From: Botryllus schlosseri
Lineage: Eukaryota
Length of the DNA stretch: 64,000 bases
Direction: 5' to 3'
NCBI GenBank assembly: GCA_051294905.1
Contig: CM119380.1
Coordinates: forward strand, 5,766,001 to 5,830,000
The notes beneath the pieces are model-generated. The model saw only the letters and a program-made list of their open reading frames with translations. It did not search any database and was not told the origin of the DNA. The translations under genes and the position numbers were made by a program. Numbering within the stretch: position 1 is the stretch's first letter; each line of letters starts with the position of its first letter. Positions 1 through 11,445 of the stretch are shown here, one piece after another.

Positions 1-521
1 TTTGCTCGCCTACTGATAACTAGATTTCGGCAAACTCGAGTACCTGATTGATTCGAGTCTGAATCTGGTATTTAGCTTCCAGTCGAGTCGAGTATTCGAG
101 TACCACTCATTATGACGTATAGTACCAGTATGTAAAATGTCAAAGTTTAAATTTGTACCTTAGATGCCTTCACAAAGAATAAAATGCCTGTTCTCCATCA
201 CATTGAATACGCTCTATTATTTTATTCGACCATATACCGATTTCATTGCACTTTGTGAGAATGCTGTGGGTTAATCTTGACTTCATGAATATGTTATTTC
301 CCGTAATACTAGTAACTTTGTACACTATTTCGTGTGAAGCGATACGGCTAATGGAGGTTTCAAGGCATCCACAGTCGATAAAAATATTGAAACTAAAATT
401 CTACTTGCAACTTTCAGTAGCGAGCAGCGTATAATTTCAGACCGGAAAAAATAATAGTATCCTATTATACTACTGCACTCGAATCGTTACAATTGATACT
501 CGATACTCGTAACCAGCCCTG
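1..521. mobile_element. Right part of a hAT-like MITE with CGAGTA/TACTCG subterminal repeats (other end outside window)
   Basis: Repeated ctcgagtac/gatactcg motifs; ends in cgtaaccagccctg (reverse complement CAGGGCTGG, hAT-like terminus). TSD cannot be checked. Confidence 0.4.
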
Positions 522-672
522 TTGACGACGTCCATGATTATTAGTTGTTCCGATTGGCAGATCCATTTCCCCAATGTGTTTCGACATATATGGAGTTCAG
601 ATATGGACCGGACCAGTATACGCCGGCCTCGAAGTTCGCAATTCTATGCATTTATTCCCTATTTTAGGATAA

Positions 673-893
673 GTCCTCAGATTACCGGCTTCTAAAAGTG
701 CCAACTCCGCCATTCCGTACCGTTTTTCAAAATATATAAATGCATGGCTACAGCGATATACAAACCGGACTAATCACTGTAGTGTTGGCGCAGAATTCTT
801 TTTCATGTATAGTTCGCCCGCGGGCCTATGGATGGAACGTACTTTGGTTGATCGTAGAAGCGTAGTTTTTAACGAGATGCGACCGATGCCGTA
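673..893 (+). pseudogene. Possible decayed kelch-repeat fragment
   Basis: Frame reads YRFSKYINAW...NHCSVG...YSSPAGLW, giving Y-x-W and VG spacing reminiscent of kelch blades. Weak, by-eye similarity only. Confidence 0.2.
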
Positions 894-1341
894 GATGTGT
901 TTAGCAGGATTTGTTATCATGTTTTCAAATTAAAATTAGTACCCGTTTGCATGACGACCGCACGGTACACGTCCCATACCCGGCAATAATTGTAAATGTG
1001 TTGTTGGAAAGACGACGGCAAGAATGGAAAAATTCATTTAATGTTGACGTGGTTGTCTGAGTTCGGATTAAGAGTATGTCCGTTACACAGTATGGTATGG
1101 TGATGGACAGCGTCAATTTTTCCAAATACGAACTCGATTTGTTCCAGAAGAATTGTTTTAACTTACTCTGTTGATTCCCCGATGAATATAGCAGGGAACC
1201 AAGACCGTAACGAGGTTATGGAATATTTCTTTTATAAGAGCCATGTACTGATCTGGCTGATAAGGAGAGCCTCGCGTATCACAAAGGGAAAGGGGAAATC
1301 CCCAACATACAAAAACGGAGGTCTATTTCACTGTCAAATTG

Positions 1342-1480
1342 CACTGGTCTACAAATGAAAAAATAGATATCTGCACCAAAATTATTTGACGATTGATTCG
1401 GGCTAATTTTAGGTTGCTGAATTCGATTCGGAGCTTGAAGATGCTGTATCACGTCAAAGGTATTAGCTATGAATTTTGCT
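1342..1480 (+). mobile_element. Chapaev/CMC-related non-autonomous element fragment (left end)
   Basis: Starts CACTGGTC like the TIR at 40663; contains ggttgctgaattcgattc, also seen near 19810 and related to sequence near 40720 and 42500. Confidence 0.35.
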
Positions 1481-2250
1481 CAGATTCATCAATTGCCCAA
1501 ATTTTGGCTTTATCTGTAGACATTACGGCATTGATTCTCAAACATTTTGTCGTCGCGGAACCATTTTGGACCGTCACCGACCAACGCGGACCCCTCACTG
1601 TTTAGTTCAAATATAGCTCAAACATTGTGCAATCGTCATCTGTCCTGTGCAATTTTTTTAAGTGTAGGCTAGTCATGAACAGCAACAAAATGACTTTTCC
1701 TGAAAATTATATCATACTATTAATGTAGAAATTGGGCAGACTTCCAATAATTCGACATTAAGATTTCTTCAAATACGTGGTCGTGACTTGGAATTCGTGC
1801 CTTCGATTTGAAATGTACGAGTGCCTTAAATCCGTTTCCACAAAGATGGACTGATTGATGTGGGGTGAACGAAGGTGGTCAGGATCCGGTTCAGGACCAT
1901 AGTAGGAGAAAGATTTCATTGATTATCAATGTAGCCGGACTGAATCCCGATTTTGAATTTGCTTTAAATGTCGGATTCTAACGTGCGGACTTACAAATAA
2001 CGAACTCTCTGTTGGGACAGCAATGTGGTTAGGCGCGCATCAAATACCTCGTTTTATTTGCTAGAACAGGACCAAAGATCAGAGTCGGTTAATGTATATC
2101 GATATTTAAAATGGTTTCGAGGATTTGTGTTTGTGTTATGTATGATTATACGCCAGTTACAGCAGCTCCTATTATATAATCACCCTCGCATTTTCATGGC
2201 GGTTTCTGATTTGTTGTAATATTTTACTATGAACCATGGTTGGTTTAAGT

Positions 2251-3648
2251 CAGTGGTTCCCAATGTGGGCGATATCGTCCCCTGGGGGGAGGGGGGAATA
2301 GACGGTCTAGGAGGAAGAAAATAACAAAGGGGAGAGGGTATCGAAAACGGACGAAGGGGGATAGGGGGCGAAAACAACGAGGGGCGATAGAGGGCGAAAA
2401 CAACGAGGGGCGATAGGGGGCGATGGCGCACTAAAACGGCTATATTGGAGTCAGGACCGTAACAGCCGCACCCCAGGGGGGCGAACTCGAAGGGAGCCCA
2501 AAAGTTTTTCGTGAAATAACAAGAATTATAGAGTAATTTTTTAGAAATTCACGCACTTTTTCATAAATTTGTCGCGCTGCGCGCGATTTAATATTGTCAT
2601 GTATCTTAATTTTGGGGTACCCGTCACCCAACACGCATGATTTATGGAAATGAGAGACTTCGGCGTCGGCCATTACCGCGCCACGACGCACCACGATATA
2701 TGAAGTTATAGGCCATGTAACACGTGACTCCGAGAAGTGTGCCAGAACGATCAGCAGCGAGAAGACCTTGGCCGAAAAGGAATGTCCTTGTGCTGACCGA
2801 AAACTTCGAAATATATACAATTATACATATATGTTTAATTGTCCATAGGCGCCTCAATGGCTGGCGTTGAATGTTCCTGTCCTGACGTTCCGAACCCTAC
2901 AGGACAAATGCCATCCCGCCGAGAAAACTTATTTGCGAGTAAAGATATACCAATTTGAAATCATGTGCGTCTTTTAGTTTGGTATGTTTTGGCGATTTCC
3001 ATATCTTCTGACATGGCAGATATAGGAGGTCACGAAATAGCATCATGTAACGAAGTCGATATAACAACGGGTCCGCCCGAAGATGTTTAATTATTATTTA
3101 GGGATCCGACCTTTTTCAACACACAACACTCAGCTCTACCGGTAAATCTGATTACGTGAGCAGAGAGAGGATAAAAATTGATACTAATATACATGCAATT
3201 CCCGGCCACATTTACCGATTTAATCATGAATTATATAAATTTGTCTCGCTTCGCGCGTTTAGTCGAAATACGGTGAATCACCAGTCAGTACATGAAATAG
3301 GTATAGCTGATACGTAGCGACAAAAAATCCCTCTGGCTGAGGGGGGGTCTGGGGTTTGGTTTATCACCCTATGGGGGGGGGCAAGACCAACGTTATTCTG
3401 AGAGGGCCTGACGAAGTGCTGTTATGGTCCTGATTAGGGTCAAGTCGGAAAAATGATCTTCCTTCAGTCAACTCACGAAAATTTAGCTGTAAAAGTGGTC
3501 GAGCCGAAAAGTTGACCTTTTTTTTATTTGTCAACTCGCTGATGATCCCAGTTTGTATCCCCATTCTTGGTTCCTAATATTTTGGGAGCGATGATCGGTG
3601 TGGAGCTGCAAAAGACGGCGAGGAGACGAAAAAGGTTGGGAACCACTG
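2251..3648. mobile_element. Non-autonomous hAT (Charlie/Buster-type) element
   Basis: TIRs CAGTGGTTCCCAA / TTGGGAACCACTG; 8-bp TSD GTTTAAGT vs GTTAAAGT (7/8); internal blocks shared with 37333-39386. Confidence 0.8.
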
Positions 3649-4421
3649 GTTAAAGTGATCAGCATTGCTACTGAAGCAGAAGAAATAAAGCCTTACATTT
3701 CTATTCAATTACAAATAGTAGCTGTAATTTTTAAGACATGTCAAAGCTAATTCCAGTTGAACACGAAATGAAAGGTATGCGTGTGAGCATCTAGGTTCGG
3801 AATCGGAGAAGGTCGAATACTTTGAGCAGTTACGCAGAGGTGGCTCCATACGAAATCGCAGATGTATCTCCTCGGCTATGCAAAATATCTATACTGACAC
3901 TACCTATTGGTAGAATATCTGGATATATTATCTGTTACTCTGCTACGTCATACAGTTCTAATGATAATTTAACTCACGTGAGTGGTGCAATCTTCTCGTT
4001 AAACTACTTTCTACTTCTCAAAATTAAAATTGCAAAATTAAACAGTTTATTAAAAATACTGTTCAGGTAGAAGTGGAAGTAGTCAGAAAACATGTTCACA
4101 TCAGTAAGTACTACAAATATGTATAATCTACTAGAGAGTATGCCGAAAAGGTAGTCATGATCGACATATATGTATTCCCTCACAAACTTGACGCGATAGA
4201 ACGAAAATAACGCCAGATTCGGATTTACCGCCCCCCCCCCCCCCCCCCCACATTAGTTAAAAGTTACCAAACGAAAACCTGGCTCAAAAATCGTGTGGAC
4301 AGGCCTTATGATAGCCCAAGTTTAAACGTACTTGAGACACAAAGTACATTTTCAGCTAGTAAACGAAATCTTTCCAGGGTATAAATATCAAAATAGCAAT
4401 ACTGAAATTGATAGATTACAG

Positions 4422-5122
4422 CAGTGGTTTTCAAAATACGCACCAGCACCCTCCTGGGGGCGTTCGCGAGTGCAAAGAGGGCGCGGTCCCTGCAATGGGC
4501 GATTGGGGGCGATAGCTATGAAATTGGACCGAAAGACGAATTTGATGGAGAAGCATAAATCAATCATTTCGGAAAACTGCACAAGTATATGGTGATTTGA
4601 TTCAAGGATATATTACAATTGGAAATTCCTTACCGGATAATCAATCCATTATGTAAAGTTTTCGAGTATGAAATGAGGTGCTGGTTACATTATAGAAGAA
4701 TTTTGAGTTCAAACGACACTTTATTATCTCTAACGAATCGTTCTGGATACACAATTTAATCAAATAGAAATACTCTCAATGGAGACGGGTAGACTTTTAA
4801 ATCATTGCCTTCCCCCTCATATTTGATGGAACGTGTTTTCGATGCGGTGACAAAGTTTCTGAATCACAGCAGAAATAGAGTCGACAGTACGGAACGTGGA
4901 AACTGGAGATTTCAAAATGACATTTTTTTTATCCAAGCTTAAACCTAATATGACCAAGATTACGATAATAATACACCAACGTCATCCGTTTCCATAATAG
5001 CTATATTAATTGCTGAACAAGTATCGTTATATTATTTAGACGTGGAGACAGGGTGTCGAGAAGCACTGGCCCTTTATTAGCTGTCCAGGGCGCGGTAGCA
5101 CAAAAAAGGTGGGGAAGCACTG
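4422..5122 (+). mobile_element. hAT-Charlie/Buster deletion derivative with decayed transposase C-terminus
   Basis: CAGTGGTTTTC...GAAGCACTG ends; flanks GATTACAG/GTTTATAG (6/8). Remnant peptides FKDILQLEIPYRIINP and IIAFP/SYLMERVFDAVT...RNRVD...KPNM...HQRHP (frameshifted) fit the hAT dimerization region. Confidence 0.7.
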
Positions 5123-5269
5123 GTTTATAGCAACAGTTATGGCTGATCGTAATTGAGTATTGTCGGTGACACGCGGTGTTTTTAGTCAGTGACGCTTCGG
5201 CGGGTATTTCTGGATAGGATAGGATGACCTTTATATATTTTTTTTAATCATCCACCTAGCAATGTGGGG

Positions 5270-5434
5270 AGAAAAACGGTATTTTGAGCTCTGAGCGAAA
5301 AGATGACCTTTTTTTTTAGTCAACCGATCACAAAGTGGGAAAAATTCACCGGTTTTTGAGAACTCTTCTCCTCGCAAGTCTCAAATTTCTGAAAAAGTGT
5401 CCTCTTTTTAGATTTCCAAAATATGGTGAGCCTA
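5270..5434. mobile_element. Partial copy of the MITE family at 52597-52946
   Basis: Shares gagctctgagcgaaaagatgacc...gatttccaaaatatggtRagccta with 52790-52946. Confidence 0.6.
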
Positions 5435-5651
5435 GTATAGTGGCAGTATCGAGATCTCTACAATCTCTATAGCAGTGGTTCTCAACCTTTTTTTATACAC
5501 GCCCCCCTTTTTGATAGTGAAAAATTGCGCGCCCCCCTAATCGTCATATCACAAAATCCAACTGGGATGCTAGCAACCGCAACAGATTGTTCGGTGGTAT
5601 GGCCGGTTATAAATATTGATAGAGAATAAAAAAAATATGAAATTGGGTCTA

Positions 5652-5932
5652 TATACGGCTTGAAACCGGAAGTTCGTGATCTTGCTTCTGATTGGTCAGA
5701 ATTTGTTGTCCTTGTTGATGACTGACAGCGTCGTCGTGAAGTGTCTGCCGACTGCGCCAGTCCATAAGGAATGTAAACAAACATATTGGAACAGTATTTT
5801 GCAACCGTTTCAAAGTTGCAGGCCTTGTCAGGATGAGTCTGTTTGGTTATAACCTAAGATGTAACATTCTATCGGCTGCAGTAACATCACCCCAGCAGGA
5901 GAAATGCCATAATTTTCAAGAATTTCCATAGT
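5652..5932 (+). repeat. Left terminal inverted repeat of the ISL2EU element
   Basis: Reverse complement of 9671-9951, ~90% identical. Confidence 0.9.
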
Positions 5933-6011
5933 CATTTTTAATTCTAAATGTTCTCTTTGTCGTAAATGGGTATATTATTGGTAAGACATTTATAGTTTGT
6001 TGTTATCCACT

Positions 6012-7229
6012 ATGGTCCATTGTGCGGTGTTTGGATGTGCAGCTACACAAAAAACAAATCCTGATCGATCTTTCCACCAATTTCCAAGTGATGAAAAGCT
6101 TAAAAAGACGTGGATAAACAGAATTAGCAGGAAAGATTGGTCGCCCAGTACTGGCTCCGGAGTGTGCTCTTATCACTTCAGAACAGAAGATTACAGCCGT
6201 AAGAGGGTGTCAGATGTGCCAGTTGGGTTCCAGAAAAAAAGGTTAAGAATGGATGCCGTGCCGAGCTGCAATCTTCGAGGCGAGAAAGAGGATACACGGA
6301 ATAACAAACGTAAAACGTGTACAGCTCAGCGTGCTAGTGACACCACTTTGGATGCAGATAAAAATTGTCATAATTCATCTAGCTCAGTATCCACCAACTC
6401 TTCTGATTGCTCTGTAAATGGCAGCACAAAAGCCATGTCATCGTCTTCAGAACAATGTTGCAGTAGCTCAGATACTCACCCCCAAGGAGGAGAGCTTGAA
6501 AAGCTGAGAGGTGAAGTAGCTGTTGCTCGTAGTGTAATTGCTGCTCTTGTTGATAAGACCAGAAACCAAGAGCAACAAATTGCTCAGCTCGAGAGTGACA
6601 ATGAAGCTAAACTTCTTTCTATGCTTGGACAATCTTCACAGATATTCATAGCGGCAAATATGACTGATGCTGAACTTCACAATTTCACCGGACTGAATAG
6701 AGAGATATTTGATATTATTGTGCTGGAGATTGACCGATTTCAGCCATTGAATTATTGGACTGGCAAAAGTGCACATTCTGTGAACACTTCTGAACAGCTG
6801 CTGATACTCCTCATGAAATTGAAATTCGACCTACCGAATGTGTTTTTAGCCAAGCAGTTCAATCTAAGTCATACGTCAATCAACAATATATTTTTAACCT
6901 ACTTGCACGCCATGCATGAAATATTCTTCAAGCAATTTTTGAACCAAGTTCCATCGGTTGCGAAGCATTTGTGCTCTACTCCACAAAAGTTCCAAGATAT
7001 TCCAAATTGCCGCATGATCATAGATTGCACAGAATTCTTTATAGAGACTCCAAGACAAGATCTTGAAGCAGCTTGTTCAAGTTTTAGCAACTACAAAAAG
7101 CGACTGACAGCTAAATACCTTATTGGAGTAGCTCCGAATGGAGCAATAACATACATCAGTGATGGATACCCTGGCAGTACCAGTGATAAAATGATTACCA
7201 AGCTGTCAGGGGTTTTACAGCATTTTCAG
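6012..7229 (+). CDS. ISL2EU/Harbinger-like transposase exon 1 (THAP zinc finger, HTH, first part of DDE_Tnp_4-type domain)
   Basis: MVHCAVFGC...W...VCSYHF...DAVPS = THAP (C2CH); EQLLILLMKLK...LAKQF = HTH; IIDCTEFFIETP and YKKRLTAKYLIG = catalytic region; exon ends CAG|GTCTGT in phase 0. Confidence 0.9.
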
Positions 7230-7451
7230 GTCTGTATCAGCATTAGAATCAGTCGTATCATGCTTGTAATGACATGAGTAACAATTTTTCTAGTGAATAG
7301 ACTTTCGTCATTGTTTTCATTGACTCGACTTGGACCAAGTATTATAGATCAAGAAATTAGACATGACCCGATCGAAGTCCCATGGTGTGATAGCACTTCT
7401 TGTGACTTTGATACTTACAACCCTGGATTATATTATACTTCTTTATAACAG
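7230..7451 (+). other. 222-nt GT-AG intron in the transposase
   Basis: GT at 7230, pyrimidine-rich tract and ACAG at 7448-7451; splicing gives QHFQ|AGDLVLADKGF and restores the second catalytic Asp motif. Confidence 0.85.
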
Positions 7452-7787
7452 GCTGGGGATTTAGTTCTGGCAGACAAAGGATTTCTTATTCATGAATTGA
7501 TGCCAAGTGGAGTGTCCTTGAATCTTCCACCATTTCTAGCTGGAAAAAAGCAATTTACTGAGACTGAGGCGAGGTTCTGCAAAAAGATAGCAAGTTGTCG
7601 AATACACGTGGAGAGAGCAATAGAAAGAATCCGTAATTACAAAATTTTAGCTACAATCACTAGTAAGAAGAGACCATTTGTCGATCAGCTAGTACAATTA
7701 TGTGGAGCTTTAGTAAATTTTCAGTCTCCAACTATTGATGGCGTATTTGATCGATACCTAAAATCGAATGAGCCAGCGCAGGTATAG
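7452..7787 (+). CDS. Transposase exon 2 (second D and E of the DDE triad); spliced protein 517 aa
   Basis: AGDLVLADKGF...IASCRIHVERAIERIRNYKIL; in frame with exon 1; TAG at 7785-7787. Confidence 0.9.
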   Translation, partial: AGDLVLADKGFLIHELMPSGVSLNLPPFLAGKKQFTETEARFCKKIASCRIHVERAIERIRNYKILATITSKKRPFVDQLVQLCGALVNFQSPTIDGVFDRYLKSNEPAQV

Positions 7788-8070
7788 ATTTTTTTAATTC
7801 AAAATAATCATAGTGCTTGGATTTGGAAAGGATTGAGACACTGCAGTTTTTCTTTCTTGAATGCGTTGTCATTATTCTACCGTAGGCCTATATGCTACTT
7901 CGAAGTTTGTTGTTACCATTGTTACAGTGTGAACTTCATGATGTGTAATTTTGTTGTTACATACTTTACTTTTTGAATATGTTTGAATCCCTTCAATGTG
8001 CCGATTACTCTTGATAAGAAGCACCCAAAATATATTATACGTATTCCTGCAATGGATGTTTATATAAAAC

Positions 8071-9354
8071 TTATTTTGCAGTAACATGAGGCAGAAACGA
8101 ATTCAAATAAAAATCAGTCAACTTAGGGAAGTTGGTTTCGCCCCAACAATTGTCCTTTGCCACCTTTATGATGTGGATATCTTTTGTGGTCCATAATACA
8201 AAATGACCCCATGACGTCTTGGCTGCTTCCATTCCGGCCTGGATTTGATGCCAATATTCATGGTTGATTTTCAATGAACCACATTGATCCAAATATGGAG
8301 AAGTATCTCTTCCACGTTTCTCAAACATTATATCATTAAAAGTTTTATTGCGGTGAATCCATGGACACTTGATTTCTAATAGCCGTCTTTCGCCACTAGA
8401 AGTGCTTATACCTCCATCTGGGCTGCACCCAAGATAACCACAAGGGAATAGAAGCAATCCAACCTTCATAATAGAGTTGCCGGTGTAGTTTTCATATGCT
8501 TTTATCGCAACATCCTCATGCATCTGACCCCACATTATTGCACTTTTGCAAGATAAATTATATTCACCACAAAGCGTTTTGAATATGGACTCGGGGTAGA
8601 CACCAGAGCAACCATGTCTGTCGAAAGCTTTTATCACCCGTCCAAAGTTGCTTCCAGTCAGTCTGTAACTGCGCATTCGACCCCATAATTGTGATCGAGA
8701 TTGTAGCTTTGTCTTTTCAGCAACGACGGTAATTTGATCCGGGTCTACACGGCACTTATTCAAAAATTCATTCTTGTCAGTTTTGAATAGTGCGAAGAGA
8801 TCAGATACATTTTCTGTTATGCTGATAAATGAAGATACACGTGATGGTGGCTCCGGACCTGTAATCCATTTTATTGGGCACGTAGTGTCAGCTTTCATTA
8901 TATGTGTTTGGAAGGATTTTCTATCTTCAACGTCAAACTTTCTTGGCAAGGCACTGTAACATTTTTTGGATGAAGGAAATAACTCTTTCATCGGCTGTAC
9001 GTTTTCTTTACATGCCCTTCTTGGGTGTGTAATCCACGAATTCGGCAGATCGGTTTTAGACATTCCATTTTTGTTAACATAGATCGCAACTGTGGCCATG
9101 TGGCTGCAAATCCATTTGCCCCGCGGGCATTCACACGTTGCACTTCTGATGCCCCCAGTTCCGTCTAAATTGATGGTGACTTTGTAAACACAGTCTTTCC
9201 AAGATGCTCTGATCTTTGCAATAATCTGAAAGTCTTCTATTTTCAAAGAGATAACATGATTGGATTTGATTTTCAACTCTGCTTTTCCAATTACAGCCAG
9301 GTCTTCAGAAAAGAATGATAACGCTCCTGCTAGGGTGACTACCTCTGAATCCAT
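8071..9354 (-). CDS. SWIM zinc finger + YqaJ/lambda-exonuclease-like (PD-(D/E)xK) protein, 427 aa
   Basis: SWIM ATCECPRG...CSHMAT; YqaJ motifs W..R..RLTGS, WGQMHE, LGCSPDG, LLEIKCP, YWHQIQ; uninterrupted ORF with true ATG. Confidence 0.9.
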   Translation of the reverse strand: MDSEVVTLAGALSFFSEDLAVIGKAELKIKSNHVISLKIEDFQIIAKIRASWKDCVYKVTINLDGTGGIRSATCECPRGKWICSHMATVAIYVNKNGMSKTDLPNSWITHPRRACKENVQPMKELFPSSKKCYSALPRKFDVEDRKSFQTHIMKADTTCPIKWITGPEPPSRVSSFISITENVSDLFALFKTDKNEFLNKCRVDPDQITVVAEKTKLQSRSQLWGRMRSYRLTGSNFGRVIKAFDRHGCSGVYPESIFKTLCGEYNLSCKSAIMWGQMHEDVAIKAYENYTGNSIMKVGLLLFPCGYLGCSPDGGISTSSGERRLLEIKCPWIHRNKTFNDIMFEKRGRDTSPYLDQCGSLKINHEYWHQIQAGMEAAKTSWGHFVLWTTKDIHIIKVAKDNCWGETNFPKLTDFYLNSFLPHVTAK

Positions 9355-9670
9355 GAATTACGAATAGCTTCCAATATTACTGCAATCGAAATAATATTAT
9401 ACTGTATATTAGGTAATATCACGACGAATAACCTAACAAATTCATCCTTACAATGCCTGGAGTTTTCTCACGGTTCTACAGTACTCTTCTTTTTGCTGAC
9501 AATTACCCCTGAAGAGTGAATAACTAAAATATTCAGGTATATTTCAATAAGAATATACCATTAAATTGTGAATTGAAGTTCTGTACCTCCAAGAGCTACA
9601 TAGTGGATAACAACAAATTATAAGTGTCTTATCAATAATATCACTATTTACGATAAAGGTAACATTCATA

Positions 9671-9951
9671 ACTATGGAAATTCCTGAAAATTATGGTATT
9701 TCTAGTGCTGGGGTGACGTTACTGCAACCGATAGAATGTTATATCTCAGGTTATAACCAAACAGACTCATCCTGACAAGGCCTAGAACTTTGAAACGGTT
9801 GCAAAACACTGTTCCAGTGTTTTTGTCTACACTCCCTTTGGACTAGCGCAGTCAGCATGCCCTTGACGACGACGCTGTCAGTCATCACCAAGAACAACAA
9901 ATTCTGACCAATCAGAAGCAAGCTCACGAACTTCCGGTTTCAAGCCGTATA
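9671..9951 (-). repeat. Right terminal inverted repeat of the ISL2EU element
   Basis: Reverse complement of 5652-5932. Confidence 0.9.
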
Positions 9952-11159
9952 GAGAGAAACACGCGTGCATTGGAGGTAAATCGCGCGGAGCGCCAAAAAT
10001 TATTTCAAGTGACCGCTTTTTCGCGCCCCCTTTAGATGTTTCACGCCCCCCAGGTTGAGAACCCCTGCTCTATAGTGATGGCAGACATACAGTATGTCGG
10101 CCAACCTGAGCCTGCGACAGGCTGTAAAAATGACGTCAAATTGACTTTCTCCTGTCTTTCGCTAAACAATCATCATATTTTCGTAATAACTGTTCGATTG
10201 GCACGAGACACGAGTATAGTAGTATATACCATCGCGACAAACTCACATTTGCAAGTTACTGTAGCGCAAATTTTTACCCCTTCAAGGGTTATTAAAGTGT
10301 GGACCGCAAATGGTATAATTTTGGGTCGGCACCCTGCCAGAGCTATATGTTAATATTTATGTAATATTTATTGAAATTATTGCAAAAAATCCTGTGATCG
10401 TTTTCACATATCCAAGGTCACTGTAGGGTACTGTCGCCAATAAGCGAGACACGCATTAAATGTGGCTTTATCATGAGAATTCATGATAAGATTTGTCCGA
10501 CACTGTTTTTATTTCTGGAAAACATGGTCGAAGACCGTTGGGATGAACGAGTTTAGGGGTGTGCGACGAGCGAGTTCAGGCCTATGAGACTCATTCATTT
10601 CGAGGCCAACCCCTTCTGCGTCGGGGCACATAAATACGTAAAGTTTTGGCGAACAAACCGCTGATGAAATGCGGTGCAAAAAACAAAAGCATCGACAAAA
10701 CCTTGCTCTAAAAATGACTGATGCTGGATGGCCAAACCTTTCGAGATGGATTGGATATGCTCCGTTGTCGGCACGGAATAGTCCCGTTCTTGCAATCTGA
10801 GTAGACAGTAGTACAACTGCGATACGCAGAGGAATTTAATTCACCCTAATTTGAAATCGCGTGCGTCAGAGATGTTTTGTAGAGCTGTGTTGGGTAAAAT
10901 TGTGGTGTTCGGGTTCTGTATGTCATTCATGCCCGTAAAATCGTAGCATACAACTGTAATAATAAAAATATATTCCGTTTCATGGGTGAGGCTCGGGTCG
11001 CGATGGATACCACAAAAACTCAGATTTTGGTGTTATACTCAAAAAGCAGCTTTGCCGTTATTATACTGTCCTGCATTCTCAAGTTAGATTGAGCTAAAGA
11101 GTAGAACACACAGTACCGTGAGTTATTTGCTCTTTTCACAAACTTGCGAGACAGAAGTT

Positions 11160-11445
11160 GGAACAACGTATCAGCAGATAGCGAGCTCTAATGTGCCTAC
11201 TCTCCTTGATCGTTTTGCACCTTATGTTCCAAATACATAAGGCAGAAGCCTCAACACAAACATGTGGGTTTTTCATCCATTCGACAAACTGGAGCCTCGC
11301 GTGTCCAGTTGTTATTGAGAGAGTGATAGAAATCTCGTGACTGTCGGCGCGCGTATTGGCGAGTATGCTGCATATTGACGGAAGATTGCGAGCTCACTAA
11401 TTGACTGCTCAGTCGGACTCGGTAGTAATCTTATAGTAGCGTGAG
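11160..11445 (+). pseudogene. Decayed kelch-repeat sequence
   Basis: One frame with several stops: QQIASSNVP...NTNMWVFHPFDKLEPRVSSCY*ESDRNLVTVG...*RKIASSLIDCSVGLGSNLIVA*, with kelch W / PR / LxxVG spacing. Confidence 0.35.

Larger units (their letters stand above)
5652..9951 (+). mobile_element. Apparently intact ISL2EU-type (PIF/Harbinger-ISL2EU-Spy superfamily) DNA transposon
   Basis: 281-bp ungapped TIRs (about 27 mismatches counted by eye, outer 28 bp identical); THAP-DDE transposase plus convergent YqaJ exonuclease gene, the gene pair known for ISL2EU. The ends read TATACGGC...GCCGTATA, so the exact boundary and 2-bp TSD (AT or TA) are ambiguous by a few bp. Confidence 0.9.
5473..10067. 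mobile_element. hAT MITE (~0.3 kb native) interrupted by the ISL2EU element
   Basis: TIRs CAGTGGTTCTCAACC / GGTTGAGAACCCCTG; perfect 8-bp TSD CTCTATAG (5465-5472, 10068-10075). Confidence 0.9.

Noticed and set aside
2180-2857. ORFs in G/C-run-rich MITE interiors (also 28324-28717 and 37239-39387)
   Set aside because: Low-complexity products of non-coding MITE sequence.
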